Source: Octopus vulgaris
Lineage: Eukaryota
Assembly: GCA_951406725.2 (NCBI GenBank)
Contig: OX597816.1
Span: forward strand, 144,584,001 to 144,648,000
Length of the DNA stretch: 64,000 nt
Reading direction: 5' to 3'
Shown: positions 12,901 through 26,920 of the stretch, in pieces
How positions within the stretch are numbered: position 1 is the first letter of the stretch
Layout of the letters: each line of letters opens with the position of its first letter
The notes under the pieces: model-generated
What the model saw: only the letters and a program-made list of their open reading frames with translations
What the model was told of the DNA's origin: nothing
Databases searched by the model: none
Program-made: the position numbers and the translations under genes

Positions 12901-14253
12901 CAGGGTGGGGCAGAAAGAACGAACGCTTTTGAAATGGCTGTTACTCAGCCCCAGGAGGAGGGACATTTGTCTGACTGATACAATTCGGTCCCTGGCATCT
13001 TAGCATCGTTCTTTTGTTCAGATGGCACTGTGGACTAAAGCGCTTCGCATGTTTACCTTCAACAGTTATGTGAAGAATAATGAGTCATAGCAGTTCAGCG
13101 AGTTTCGGCACCATTTCCAACAGTCACCGAAATTAAGCTGTTTCCACTTGTAACACAATCTTACGTTGGGTGAATGCACTTCATATACAAGGTATGCTAA
13201 TGAATAGGAGATTGGCGGGGGCGCCACGAACGGTATGGTCCCTGGAAAATGTGGAATGTTTCAGACATTCCAGGTGCAGAGTCTGGAGAAAAGTCTTCAG
13301 AAAAGTATGGAGGAGGCTAAATTTATGATACGGAGTCTGAATCGCTCTGCTCAGAGGCATTCCATTGAATTTGGCATCGGTAGTCGATCGGTAAGATGTA
13401 TTTTGCATGACAACCTCCATTTCCACTCGTACAACAGTTGAAACCATGGGACTATGCACAGTGGTTTAATTTTGCACGTCAGATAGAAGCGATTTTTGAG
13501 GCATATGACAACCTCATTTTGTTAATGAGTGATGAAGCTCATTTTCATCTCAATGGCATGGTGAATCAACAGAACTTTCGTTATTGGGCTCTTGAAATCC
13601 GAGAGAACTGCATGAAAGGCCACTGCATAGCCCGAAAGTGACAGTCTGGTGTGCTGTGGGAGAGGCTGCTGTCATTGGGCCTTAATTTTTTTAAAGATAA
13701 TAATGGAAATGCTGTTACTGAACTCTGAGCGTTACATAGAGATGATAAACAACTTCTTTGTACTTGAATAACGAAGAAAACGCATGCCTATTCGATGTGT
13801 GTGGTTTCAGCAGGATGGGCCCACACAGCTAGAGTATCAAGGAACATTCTTCGCTCTCTCTTCGGGACCGCCTCATTGCCAGGTTTGCTGACATTCCTTG
13901 GCCCCCTCAGTCCCCTGATTTGTCCATGTGTGATTATTTCTTGTGGGTAAACCTCAAGGCACGTGTATATACGCATAAGGCCCGTACATTGGACGATTTG
14001 AATGAAGCTATTCACATGGAAGTTATTCAAATCGACAGAGCAGTGCAGGAGAGAGTGGAGGCCAGCTTCCAAGAACGCCTTCAGAAATGCATCAATGAAA
14101 ATGGACACCACATGATGGATGTTGTTTTCCACACTTAATTTTGATAAATGCTAATTCAATACGAACACATTAATATCAATAAAATTTGTTTGCAGCTAAA
14201 AGTAATGATTTTGCGAGTTTTTCAAAAACATCCGTCCTCACTGCTCCACTCTG
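12901..14253 (+). mobile_element. Tc1/mariner superfamily transposon (resembles the rosa/DD41D group), decayed
   Basis: SDEAHFHLNGMVNQQNFRYW, WFQQDG and WPPQSPDLSMCDYFLW. Left TIR CAGGGTGGGGCAG..TTTTGAAA matches the right end TTTCAAAAA..CTGCTCCACTCTG. Confidence 0.88.
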
Positions 14254-15444
14254 TATACATATACATTTATACGTATGTATATGTATATATATGTGTGTGT
14301 GCATGTATATACAAAAATTAAGTTCTATTGCAATTAATAAAGAAACCTGGGGCATTGCAAAAAATTCTGAGTGTGTGAGATAAAGTTCAATACCTGTATG
14401 AAACAAGACAAATTATGATTACATGGCTCAGTCATCAGTGATATCTGTAATCAAATTCATACTAACTTCAAAATTTTCTCATTTAAACCTTAGAATCTTT
14501 GCAAACTTCTGAAATATTTGTTTATGAAAACAGTATATATTTAGTATATGGTGTCTTGGTTGAATGTTGGTGATACAAAGTTGGGAAAATTTCAGAAAAA
14601 ATGGAAGGTAGTATTAGTCGCATAAAAGTGAGCTTACAGCTGTAACAGCAGGTTGGTCATTAGTGTATAGGAAAGAGAGAACGGAGGACAAAAAAGAACT
14701 CTGGGTATAGCAGAGTTGATAATGTGTTGGGTAGAAAGAGCTGTGATTACGTCATCTGATGAAAAGTTACTGATCCCAAAGATGAATCCATATATGGCAG
14801 TTTTGATAGGATTAAGAGTGAAGCACATATGCAGCTAAAGTTAGCATAAAATTGGTGAAGCTTCTCACTCTCAATCAGTCAGCTTGAAATATCATAGGGT
14901 CTGGGGGTAAAGGCATGGTATAGCATGTGGCAATATGTCGGGTTGTTGCGATCAGTTAGTGGTTGGATGACCTGATAGGTGCAGAAAGAGTCTGGAGAAA
15001 AGTCTGCAGAAAAGTTCGGAGGAGGCTAAATTTAGAATTGGGGTGTCTATCACGGATGTGTGAATGGGGATGAAACAAACAGGTGTAGAAAATTAAGGAT
15101 TACAACTTCAGTACTGGTTGTATCAGTGTATGGTGAGTGTAAGAGTCACAAGGGGACGATGGTACCAAAATCATTGAAGATGGTATTTATGGTAAGGGAT
15201 GTTATCAATGCAGGAGGACATATGAACAAAATGATGCTGGTAGTTCAAGGACTTTTGAGAGTGGCAGAAAGAGCAGGTGTATTTGAAAGAGTGGAATAAG
15301 GAAGCTTTGAACCAAAGTAATAGGAAATTATTATTTTAATATCCAGCTAAGAGAGGAGAGTGACAGGGAGAAGAGAATCTTCATATGCACAGACACAGCT
15401 TTACATTCCTTGAGAAATACTGTATTGTCATATTTACCTTTCAG

Positions 15445-15608
15445 ATATTTATCTCATGGAGGAATATCTTCATCTTTACCTGCCTACATGAGTTCAGTGA
15501 CATGCAGGGGGGATGAAATGTCACTTGTAGATTGCTATAATGCCACTTTGTCAAGTTACTCATATTGCTCTTCATCCCCAAAGCTTTATGTCAGATGCAA
15601 GGAAAATC
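15445..15608 (+). CDS. Exon 3: SRCR domain 1, second half
   Basis: YMSSVTCRGDEMSLVDC..C..LYVRC. CAG/GTGAGT, phases 2 and 1. Confidence 0.92.
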
Positions 15609-16300
15609 GTGAGTATAAATGTTTATATTTAATTGCAATATCAAAGTGTATTATCATTCAAATAAACCTTTATCATATTTTGAAAATTACAAGAATTTGT
15701 GTATCAATGTCTTATCTCTAGTTCCTTCAGGGATAATGGGATTAGTGACTGTTAACCCAACAAAACAGTCAACATCTATGCTACTGCTGATGTTCATGCT
15801 TACAAAAGCGAGTTAGACATACTTGCATTTGCTACTTTTTAAAAATTAATTTGACATTGTCAGAGGCGAAGTGAGGTGCACATGACCTTTGGTGACTGGT
15901 TGGATTAAGATGATCAATATTCACCCTGAATAGGTCAATATTTGCAAGAAACATATAGGTGAAGAGGTAAGTGAGAGTCTGATTTTAATGCTTGTGATAG
16001 GATGAATTTGGCTTGAGAACTATACAAAACAGATAGTGGTATGGGTTGTGTGTTAGACTGACCACCTATACCAATAAATAAAAAGTAATGGCAGCAATAA
16101 TGAGAGAGTGTTAGACATATAATATTAAAAACACTATATAATTGGCATTAAAACTAAAAGTAAAATCCTACACAATTTCACTATGTCTCCAAGTGTATTG
16201 ATATAGTGAAGAGGGACATAAAAATAAAAAAAAACCTAATAACTTATATTTGTTGTCTATATATATATATGATGATGATGGTATGGAATGGAGTAGGTAA

Positions 16301-16396
16301 GATCTGGGCTACATATGTTTCATAGTGGGTGGAACCTCAGAAGTGGTAAAAATCCAAGCAAAGTGTATACTTCCAGCTACTCTTTAGGCCGAGGAT
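16301..16396 (-). ncRNA. Degenerate type I hammerhead ribozyme in a Penelope-like repeat
   Basis: Minus strand: GGC-CTAAAGA-GTAG...CTAT-GAAAC-ATAT-GTA-GCC. Helices I-III pair, but core G5 is A. Confidence 0.6.
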
Positions 16397-17099
16397 ATAT
16401 TGGCTGAATTAAAGGTTACATTGTTGCAAAGATGTACATGCTGATGCATGGAAGATTCAGTCAGAATGTGTAGTGAGCACAGTATGAGAAGAGCATAAAA
16501 ATAAATATTAGAAATAGTATTAGAAGAAGGCGGGTAAAAAACGAAAATATAAGGGAGTAAGAGGAAGGAGGAATTTAAGCAAGAAGAGATTTGGAGATGT
16601 AGATTGGTTTGTTGGAGTAGGGTGAGTGAAAGGTTTTCTTGTTATGTGTGAGGGAAACACACAGGTTGGAGGCTAGCAGATAGCAATAATACAGTGAGAG
16701 AGGGTGGATGGGTGGAACACAGGTCGGGGACTATCAGAGAGCCATGATACAGTGGCACAGGGCCAAGAGGACAGGATTGAGGAGTGGAAGGTAAGCATAG
16801 TGCATGAAGCGGAAATGTGAGGAAGAGAAGAGATGTAGAGATGTAGTTTGGTTTGTTGTGGTAGTGCATTAAATGTTTTCTTGTTAAGTGTGGATTGGAC
16901 ATGCGATGCTTTTAGAACTCAGTTTCGTTGACGTGGGCAGGTTTTCTCCAGAACTTCATATTCCCAGATATCTCAGTCCATTGTCATTTCCTCTGTGAGG
17001 GCCAACATCTTAAGATAAGTCTTTACCACTTCATACCATGTCTTCCAAGATCTCCCTCTTCTGATATATACATATACGATAGACTTCTTTCAATTCTGT

Positions 17100-17144
<45 letters not shown>

Positions 17145-17526
17145 TGTTTTTGTGTCCCACCACCACTTGACAACTGAGGTTGGTTTATTCATATCCCTAT
17201 AACTCAGTGGTCTGACAAAAAGGCTTAAAATGAGCAGCAGGCTTAAAATAATAAGTACAAGGGTCAATTCCTTTGGTTAAAACCCTTCAAGGTGGTGCCC
17301 CAGAATGGACACAGTCCAACGAATGAAACATGTAAAAAATATAGATAGTATCAGTACATGCTAGATTTTAGTACCAGTGCTATACTGGGGTTAAGTTAAT
17401 AGGCTATACCTCTCATAAGAATAAATTGACCATTGACTAGACTAATGAAAACAATAAATATTTCCATACATTTCTTCATAAAAATGAGCTTATATTGTGT
17501 TACTTTTAATTTGTCTAACTTTTCAG

Positions 17527-17670
17527 CAACTGAGACATATTGCTCATTTGATAACGATATGTGTGGGATGGTTAGTGAAGGCACATTATATAAATGGAAA
17601 CGTATTTATCCCAAGAAACATTCAAGACTGCCAGGATCTGAAAAGGATCACACAACCAAAAGTAGTGAAG
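17527..17670 (+). CDS. Exon 4: MAM domain 1 start
   Basis: YCSFDNDMCG..WKR..DHT..G. CAG/GTAATT, phases 1 and 1. Confidence 0.92.
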
Positions 17671-18966
17671 GTAATTAGCCCTAGTTTCTATATTATTCAA
17701 TTTTATAAAGTCTCCTACAACAGTCATGGATTAGTGATATCTATATTTCAAACAATTTTCTTATTTTAATGTCTTTTTGGACTCAACATTTCACTCAGTA
17801 TTTTCAGCCACCATCTTCAGGTGATATTCTTGAATTAGGGATCTATTTGAAAATTGAACGTTTATTTTGCTATCTGATTATATTCTTCTAAACATGTATC
17901 TATTATTCTGAAGTACAATAGTGTAAAGGTTAAAGCAGTTGTATGTAGTATGAGTATTGTTAGGGATGGCAGCAAACTGTTAATGTACATGAAATGAAAA
18001 TAGATATTAGAAATGTAAGCAATATAGTAATGTTTGGTAAGGGTCAGTATGTTTCCAAGGAACAGGACAGATTCCTTGGAGGAAATAGATGCATGCTCTG
18101 AGATGCATGTCTTGAAAGAGATGGAAAAGGTATTATCATAACTGGGTACATTGATGAATTTAAACGAACAGATGTGTTTTTCCACTTGATATGCTAATGC
18201 TATGATTACTGTTGGTGTTGTTGTTGTTTAACCCCAAATCAAGCCTGAATAGGCAGAACATTTCAACCAGGATTATCATCTCTTTATCAATATCTAGAGC
18301 TGCACTGTCCAATGTGCACATCCTTTTTTAATATGGTAGAGTGTGATTTGAAGGATATTTGGCTACTAATTCTGGCCACTTGAGTAGTAACCTCATAAAT
18401 GGAACTTCTTGTTGGAGTATGGATGTGTGTTGTGATGAAGCTGCTGGAATGGTAAAAGGAAGACTTTAGAGGAGTTTTGTCAAATATATGCAATCTAGAA
18501 CTGAATGCAAATCAGGCTGCAAACACAGAAACATTTCCCACTACTACACTGGTTATGGATGTATTATGATTGAGGAGCAGTGAATAAGAATATTCTACAA
18601 GGAACCAGAGTGATCAGCAATAATTTGAGTTGAGAAAGAATTTTCAGATTGTGTGATCCAGTAAGGTATCCTTTGTTCTATGGGTGCTAATTTTGTTGGA
18701 AGCTGAACTTTTTTGATATATGTAAAATGTGTTTGCAGAAAATGGAAGGAACCCCTGTACATATGTATAACATTGTGTACTTTAAGTGAATTACAATTTT
18801 TATCCTATGTTTTACATCAAGTGTTACTTACTCTGCCTCTGAAGAGAAGGAAAGAGTAAACAACTGAGCTATCAAGCACATGGATGTGAAAAACAAAAGG
18901 AAAGAAAGTTAATGTGGTATATGAGTGATATAGTAGTATTACATTAAACATTTAATATATCTAAGA

Positions 18967-19270
18967 CGGCACTTGTGCCGGTGGCACATGAACAAAACAT
19001 TCGAGTGAGGTTGTTGCCAGTGCCGCTGGACTGACTCCTGTGCAGGTGGAACATAAAAAACACCATCGCCACCAGACTGGTCCTTGTGCAGGTGGCACGT
19101 AAAAGCATCCACTACACTCTCGGAGTGGTTGGCATTAGGAAGGGCATCCAGCTGTAGAAACTCTGTGAGATCAGATTAGAGTCTGGTGCAGCCATCTGAT
19201 TTGCCAGTCCTCAGTCAAATCGTCCAACTCATGCTAGCATGGAAAGTGGACGTTAAATGATGATGATGAT
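18967..19270 (+). mobile_element. SINE/RTE-type 3' end repeat (family B) with (GAT)n tail
   Basis: GAGTGGTTGGCATTAGGAAGGGCATCCAGCTGTAGAAA...GACGTTAAATGATGATGAT. Further copies near 21.1, 22.0, 22.9, 23.5, 24.0, 27.4, 29.6, 42.9, 50.1, 50.8 and 56.9 kb. Confidence 0.8.
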
Positions 19271-19347
19271 GTTATGTTACTCTGTTTTTTTGTTTTAAAT
19301 AGATTCAGCTTGTTTAGTCCTTGAATGTTCTATATTTACTTTTGCAG

Positions 19348-19582
19348 GGAAATATATGTTTGCTTCTTCTGTTGGTTTTCCTGGACAAAGAGCATATCTG
19401 AAGAAAGTCTTTAACAACTATATCAGGAGTATTAGTTTCTATTATCACATGTTTGGAAAAGACATGGGAAGCCTAAATATTTATATTCAAACTAATTCCA
19501 GCAAAACTGAAATTGCATCTATATCAGACAATCAAGGTGATGGATGGAAATATCTATGTCTACCTGTAGCAGTGAAATATGG
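19348..19582 (+). CDS. Exon 5: MAM domain 1 middle
   Basis: GKYMFASS..SFYYHMFGKDMGSLNIY..NQGDGW. CAG/GTAAGA, phases 1 and 2. Confidence 0.93.
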
Positions 19583-21604
19583 GTAAGAAGAATAGTTTGG
19601 TTTTAATATCTCTTAATGGTTCATTGTTGATTTTCAAGCAATGTTTATGCCAAAATTTTGGCAGATTATCTTATTTGGGAGACCAACAGAAGATATGTAA
19701 TCATGATACAACATTTTATGTCTGTCCTTATATCTAACAACAGCTAAAAAATTCACCTCCCACCTTCTGAGTTATAAAGAAATGGTAGTTCATTCTGACT
19801 ACTCATGTAGCAATGATTTGACAGTTTATCTCTGACCTTCCCTGTAATAATAATTTAGCAGTTCACTTCTAATTTATCATGTCTCTAAATGACCAACTAT
19901 TGATTTGTCACTGATATTGGTACCAAAACACAAATCTGTGATGGAGGTGTATGATCATCTTTGCTAACTTAGTAAATTCATAGCCTTTATCAGCATTGGG
20001 AGAATAAAATACATAGTTGACTCCAGGGACATTTGAACTCATAACAGGTCAAAATTAAAAACTGTGAGATTTAAAAACTGAAACTAGTCAAATAATTATT
20101 TTTGATACAACTACAGGTTCACAGATCTGAGATTAGGTAACAGCTGAATTATAAAGCCCCCTAGCAGTAGATGGACATTTATTTTATTGACTCTAGAAGA
20201 ATGAAAGGGAAAGCCAGCTTCACCGTGATTGAAATAATTCAGAACGTAAGGGACATATGTATAACTGCAAGTTTAATCCCTTACTCTTCTGTTTCTACCA
20301 TTAACTCTTTCATGAAATTAACTATGAAATAGAAATTAAATGAAATACAAAAAAAAAAAACATTAACAAAAATCATCTTATATCAGTGTAGCTAGACATT
20401 TTATAGATGAAATTGGTAACTAATGTGCACAAGACGACACCTATAGAATACAAGACAAAAACAGAACTTAACAGAAATAATCTTCTGAGTTAACAACAAC
20501 CCACCCTCAATAGTAGTAGTATGGAGGCATGCACTGTAACAGTGCATTGCTGCATCCTCCATTTGTTGGTAATTCCCTATTCCTGACAGATTACTCCTTT
20601 GCACATTCAGGTAGCAGCCCTCCAACCTACAGGTCTGTTTGGATAGTTATTGTTGGTGAGGATTTTATGAGGTCAGAGTGCAAACCCTACCTCAACCTCT
20701 TTTAGTTGCCTTTTATGACACAGAGAGGCCCCACACAGCACTAAAGCAATGAGAGATGAAGTGTTCAACTCAAGAATATATTTGATTGCTTGATCCCGGA
20801 ATTGAATCCATGATCTATTAATTGTGGATGCAACACCCTAACCACTAGGCCACACACCTTCACAAGCTCTATAGATTGGAAATGAAAGAATTGCAAGTCA
20901 CTTATAGCAATTAAAGCAAATATTTGGCTATAAAAATTAAACAGGGTTAAAGAAACCAACTGTATTACAAAACGTTTTTGTAAGACTTAAGTGTTTCTCC
21001 TGATATAAGACATATTTGGAGTCAGTTGGGTCTAAATTATCTCAGAGCATGCTGTGGATTGACACACATCATTCTCAAACATCATCATCATTTAGTGTTT
21101 GCATTCCATGCTGGCATGAGTTAGATGGTTTGACTGAAGTTAGTAAGTTGGAGAGCTGCACCAGGTTCCAATCTGATTTGTCATGGTTTCAACAGCTGGA
21201 TGCCCTTCCTAATGCCAACCTCTCCAAGAGTGAATGGGTGATTTTTATGTGCTACCAGCACAGGTACCTGTTATGTGACTCTGGCATTGGCTACAACTAC
21301 AGTTCCACTTAGATTGAGGGGTAATCTCAAGCATGACATATCACCAAAAATCTTGGTCACCTGTCATTGCCTCCATGAGTTCAGTGTTTGAAGATCATGC
21401 TTCACCACCTCATCCTATATCTTCTTGGGTTAAAACTTAAACTATATAGAAGTAAAATATGCTGAGAATTGCACAAAAATAACCTTCCACAATTGTAAAC
21501 CATCAAGTAACTACATGCTGAACACAAAACTATCAGTAGTTATAACTACACACTTATTCATGTTGGTTAACTCCAGATGAGTCCTGATTGATCATTTTTC
21601 AGGA

Positions 21605-22170
21605 GCAGTGCATCAAATATCACAAAGGGATCCTATGGAAGAGGCAGACCAAGGAAGACATATAAACTTGATACTTTTACAAATTACTGTCAGAAATATA
21701 GTTTTAGTTTTAGATATTTAAAAAAAAAATTTTACTATGAGGAAAAATAATGAAAAATTTTTGTTACAAATTAATTTTAGCTATTAAGAATGTAGTCTTC
21801 AATAGTTATATAAATTACTTTGAATCTTGGATCTCACGGAGGCAATGACAAGTGATCAAGACCTTTGACAATTTGCTGTGCTTGAGGAGACTCATCAAGC
21901 CAAGTGAAATTGTAGTCATGGCCAGTGCTGGTGACATGTAAAAGGCACCCATGCCAGTGACACACGAGAGGCACCTGCTTCACTCTTGGAGTGGTTGGCA
22001 TTAGGAAGGGCATCCAGCTGTAGAAACCAAGCTAAATTAGACTGAAACCTGGTACAGCTCTTTGGCTTACCAGTTCCAGTCAAACCACCAGACACATGCC
22101 AGTATGGAAAACAGATGCTAAATTATGGTGATTATGGTGATGCTGATGATGATGACTATGATGATGATGA
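21605..22170 (+). mobile_element. RTE-clade LINE 3' end with (GAT)n tail, interrupted by a 160-bp local duplication
   Basis: Reads GRGRPRKT before 21661 and LDLTEAMTSDQDL after 21820, then the family B tail. Confidence 0.65.
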
Positions 22171-23688
22171 TAGGATGTGATATTTTAAAGAACATTTGGT
22201 TGCTGTTTTAAGCAAGTCATATAAATGATTCTTCATTAATTTGCTAGCCATTCAGTTGGACAAGTAACTGTTCAAAAAACAGTTTGTCATTATGTCTATA
22301 CTAAAAATAACCTCTTAATTATTAGTTTCCTGAAAATGAAATTTGACTCTGATATTGTTTTAAATATTTTAATCGTTTTCAGAAATTATATTTTGCTGCT
22401 TATAGAAAAAGGTCTAAATATTTAATTCTAGATACATTTAAAAATTACTTTTTGTTATCAAAAATATAAACTTGATACTTTTACAAATTAGTTTGTACTG
22501 TCAGAAATATAGTTTTAGTTTTAGACATTTAAAAAAAAATTTTACTATGAGGAAAAATAATTAAAAATTTTTGTTACAAATTAATTTTAGCTATTAGGAA
22601 TGTAGTCTTCAATAGTTATATAAATGACTTTTTGCTATTAGAAACATAGCCTTGTATAAATATACATTTATCTGTTCATTTATTTGTTTGTTTGTGTATT
22701 TATTTATTTATTTATTTATTCATTTATTTATTTAAAGAGTGTAGATATCTTAATTGAACTGATGGAAAAAAAAATGAAAAGTTATGACTCATATCCTCTC
22801 TGTCAATGTGTTGTGCAACTGCTGTATTTGCTCCGCATGATTGTACACATACACACACACACACACACACGCAAACACACCCAGATACATTCATCATCAT
22901 CATCATCATCATTTAACACCTGTTGTCCATGCTGGTATGGGTTGGACAGTTTGACTAGAGGTGGCAAGCTGTGGGAGCTGCACCAGACTCCAGTCTGATC
23001 TGACATGGTTCCTACAGCTGGATGCCCTTCCTAATACCATCCACGTTACAGAGTGTGCTGGTGCTTTTATGTGGCACTGCATGGTTGATTTTATGTGGCA
23101 CTTCCACAAATGCTGTTTACCACCAGAGGGACCAGTCTTAACACTTCTGCTGTGGAGTACAGGTCTTCTTGAGTATGGCAAGGCACAAGACATTTCAGTC
23201 CTTTGTCATCTTGCCTGAAAGGTTCAGTGACCTTATGTATTCATATCATTGATGTGGCTCCTAATATTCTTATTTCTGTTGTTATTACAACATTTATTAC
23301 TATTAATGATAGAGGAATCATGTAGCTCTTCTACAACAAGAACCTGCTTTGCTCCAATCCTTTCTCTCATACCTTAACCCTTACCTAGCATAAAGACATG
23401 ACTGCCTCCTCCACCCCACCTCCTCAAATTTTGTAGACTTGCAAATTGCATGGCAGCCTCACTAGTGATGGTAGCATGAGAAAAACACCTGGTATAAAGT
23501 TGTTGGTGTTAGTAAGGGCATCCAACTGTAGAAACCATGCCCTAGCAGACACTAGCTAGATCCTATTAAACCTTCCTACCCATGCTAGCGTGGAACATGG
23601 CTGTTAAATGATGATGATGATGATGATATATAATTCGACTAAATAGATAGTAACAATACAAAAGAATTGATGTTATTAATATAATGTG

Positions 23689-23730
<42 letters not shown>

Positions 23731-24485
23731 TAGTTCATATAAATTAAGAGACTCTCTACTTCATTTTCTTTCAAAGGTAGATAATATATGAAACAATTCT
23801 AGGGCATATTTCTTGGGTATATTTCTTTCAAAATAAAGCATTGGACCTTTTTAATTTATGTAACAAAACATCTAATTTTATGAAGACTATAACTTTTTGA
23901 ACTTCAATGAGCATATAATAGAATAAAAGGAATTCTTCTCTCAACTGAGAGGTCTTGTTGTGCAAGTTTCTTGGTGACGTTACTGCTTCCAGTACCATGT
24001 AAAAACATCTAGTACACTCTGTAAAGTGGCTGACATTTGGAAGGGCATCCAGTCATGAAAACCATACCAAAGCAGACAGTAGAGCTTGTAGTCTTCTAAC
24101 TTGCTAATGCCTGTCAATCCGTCCAACCCATACCAGTTTGGAAGGAGGATGCTAAATGATGATGATGATATTGTTCAAAATAAAGCTAACATGTTTGCAA
24201 TCATAAGTTCACTTTATTAATAAGATATGATAATGACACCATAAGCCAATGTTGACTTAAAAATCTAGGACTCTTGAAAAGTGTATGATATTGGTGGAAT
24301 TCTTATCTACTGTAGTTATGACCATAGTAATATGTGTGTGATGCTAGCTGGGATTTGAGTGCATTTAAAAACATACAAGAAGCAGAAATACAATAAAGTT
24401 AAATATTTTCTTTGGCATTAAGATGGCTTTCATCACTTACTTTGATGAAATTTTTCCTTTTAGTTTTTTTAATTTTTTATTTAAG

Positions 24486-24580
24486 GTATCAAGAAATCGT
24501 ATTTGAAGCATTCCATGGAAATGGTACTGAAAGTGGTATTGCTCTTGATGACATGACTATATCAACAGAGAACTGTTCAC
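24486..24580 (+). CDS. Exon 6: MAM domain 1 end
   Basis: YQEIVFEAFHGNGTESGIALDDMTISTENC. AG/GTGAGG, phases 2 and 1. Confidence 0.92.
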
Positions 24581-24626
24581 GTGAGGGAACAACTATATTA
24601 TAACATATTATCATATTATCACGAAA

Positions 24627-24860
24627 GGCGGCGAGCTGGCAGAAATGTTAGCACGCCGGGCGCAATGCTTAGCCGTATTTCGTCTGCCGTTACGTTCTGA
24701 GTTCAAATTCCGTCGAGGTCGACTTTGCCTTTCATCCTTTCGGGGTCGATAAATTAAGTACCAGTTACGCACTGGTATCGATGTAATCGACTTAATCCGT
24801 TTTTCTGTCCTTGTTTGTCCCCTCTGTGTTTAGCCCCTTGTGGGTAGTAAAGAAATATAT
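24627..24860 (+). mobile_element. tRNA-derived SINE (family C)
   Basis: GGCGGCGAGCTGGCAGAA head, GAGTTCAAATTC B box and GCCTTTCATCCTTTCGGGGTCGATAAATTAAGTACC central domain. Other copies near 8.5, 9.2, 24.9, 31.1, 31.3 and 56.7 kb. Confidence 0.8.
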
Positions 24861-25835
24861 TACATATTATCATATACTCTTATATGTAAGGTGATGAGCT
24901 GGCAAAATTGTTAGCATGCTGGGTAAAAAGCTTAGCACTATTTTATCTGTCTTTATGTTCTGGGTTCAAACTCTGTTGAGGTTAACTTTACTTTTCATCC
25001 TTTCATGTTGAGCATTGGGATTGATCTAATTGATTTACCTACTCCCCTGAAATTGCTGGCTTTGTACTAAAATTTGAAACCATTATAAACTAGTATGAAA
25101 TATTATTTTGTTGTAAATAATTAACTTTATCAACTGTGTGTATAAATAAACATCTCTGTATATGTGAACACATGTATATGTGTGAATGTGTGTGTGTGTG
25201 TGTGTGTGTGCATATGTTAATACATGTACCCATTTTTTCCATTCTGATTAGGTTTATATTTCTGATTTCAACATGTGGCCTACACAGAAACAATAAAAAG
25301 AATGATGAAATGAAAGGAAAGCTTTAAAAATATTGTTCATCTCCTTCAGTATATGCTGTCATCTTTTAAGATTTAAATATTTTAGTGACATACATTGTAC
25401 CCTATACTCTGGTTCATGATGTTTCAAGATTATGAAGTTTCTCTGCTTTCCTTTCAACCTAAAGTTCAGCTATGATTTGTTCCAGGATGACCATTATAAA
25501 GTTGCTGGTTCAATACCAGACACAATTACATCATAGAGTACGCTGTATGAGTAAAAGAAGGAGCTTCTATGTTGTTGCTCATCATGTTAGAAACAGCAAC
25601 TAAATCATCCTCAAATCATACCCTACTGTATTAGGAAAGAATAGAAAACATTAGATAATGTATACTGATATATAACTAAAAGACAGGCTGGTTAAGGTGG
25701 AAAGCCTTTGACCATACAATAATGACATGCAGCTAATCAAAAACAACACAATAAAGTACAATTAATATATGAATGTTGCACTTTGTACTTTATGTATCAC
25801 AATCTGAAAAGGACTAGGAAATTTGGAGTTGTTAA

Positions 25836-26056
25836 CCCTTTCATTACTGTATTTATTTTGAGATGCTCTGTGTTTCTTTCAATTACTTTAAATATAACAA
25901 AGAATTTAGTAAAATAACTTAGTTATCATTCAGCTAGTGTTAGGAGCATAAATTGTGACTAAGGTTTGATGGAAGATTTCAATTCAAAACTTATGCAAAC
26001 AGGATATTTGTACTACAGAACCAGAGGTGGTTTCAGCAGGGTTGGTAACAAAAGGG
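25836..26056. mobile_element. piggyBac-like MITE with TTAA target duplication
   Basis: TTAA-CCCTTT...AAAGGG-TTAA. A second copy lies in the opposite orientation at 44718-44930. Confidence 0.8.
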
Positions 26057-26282
26057 TTAATGTAAGAACAGGGATTATTTGCTTGAATAAACAAATGTAG
26101 TCACTATGTATTACAAGCAAATACACCAAACATTCCAACAATCAGTATTTTGCTCTGATTGTTGTTCGAATTAGAAATATATTGTTTTTTGATTAGCACT
26201 CTCGTTTTGATGTTTTAATACACATTCTGAAATAAAGAAAAAGATAGATACATGCATGCAGTGTTTCCACTATGACTTTGTG

Positions 26283-26284
<2 letters not shown>

Positions 26285-26337
<53 letters not shown>
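26285..26337. repeat. (TG)n microsatellite
   Basis: Visible run. Confidence 0.95.
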
Positions 26338-26340
<3 letters not shown>

Positions 26341-26800
26341 CAAACCTACAGCCAACAAATATCCATCCCTAAATAAATGTGAATAGATTAAATTTGGTTA
26401 TTAGCAGCAAAAATATTAAAAGAAAAAGTCCCTTCAAGATAAATAATCAAATGCCTGTATTCTGAAATAATTAAACTTGAAAAATATTGAGAGTGTAATC
26501 ATCTGATGCCAGCTGTGATGGACAGATCCTTTAGTATAGTTGAATAACAGATGACCATCAAAAATGACAATTTATTCACAGTTCAGCTTTGGTAGAAGAG
26601 CCAAGACACTGGGACAACTTCAAATTATACAGTAAAGATACCTTATAGATACAAACAAGTATAAAACTGGATTTCTTTATATCCTTTGGAAATTTCAAGT
26701 GGGTTTAGTAGTTTGAGTTTGCTTACAAATCTCAAATCATGAAGAGTAGTCAGAAATAACCGAATTAATTTATTAAATCAAATTTTTGCATTAATTTCAG

Positions 26801-26920
26801 AATGGAATGTTAGCTGTAATTTTAATGAAAACACTTGCAATTATGATATTGAAAATAATGATATAAATGGTGGCTGGAGAATTGAGAAGATATCTGGTCT
26901 GGAAGATCGTTCTAATTATG
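26801..26920 (+). CDS. Exon 7: MAM domain 2 start
   Basis: WNVSCNFNENTCNY..W..DRSNYG. CAG/GTAATT, phases 1 and 1. Not in the ORF track; translated by hand. Confidence 0.88.
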
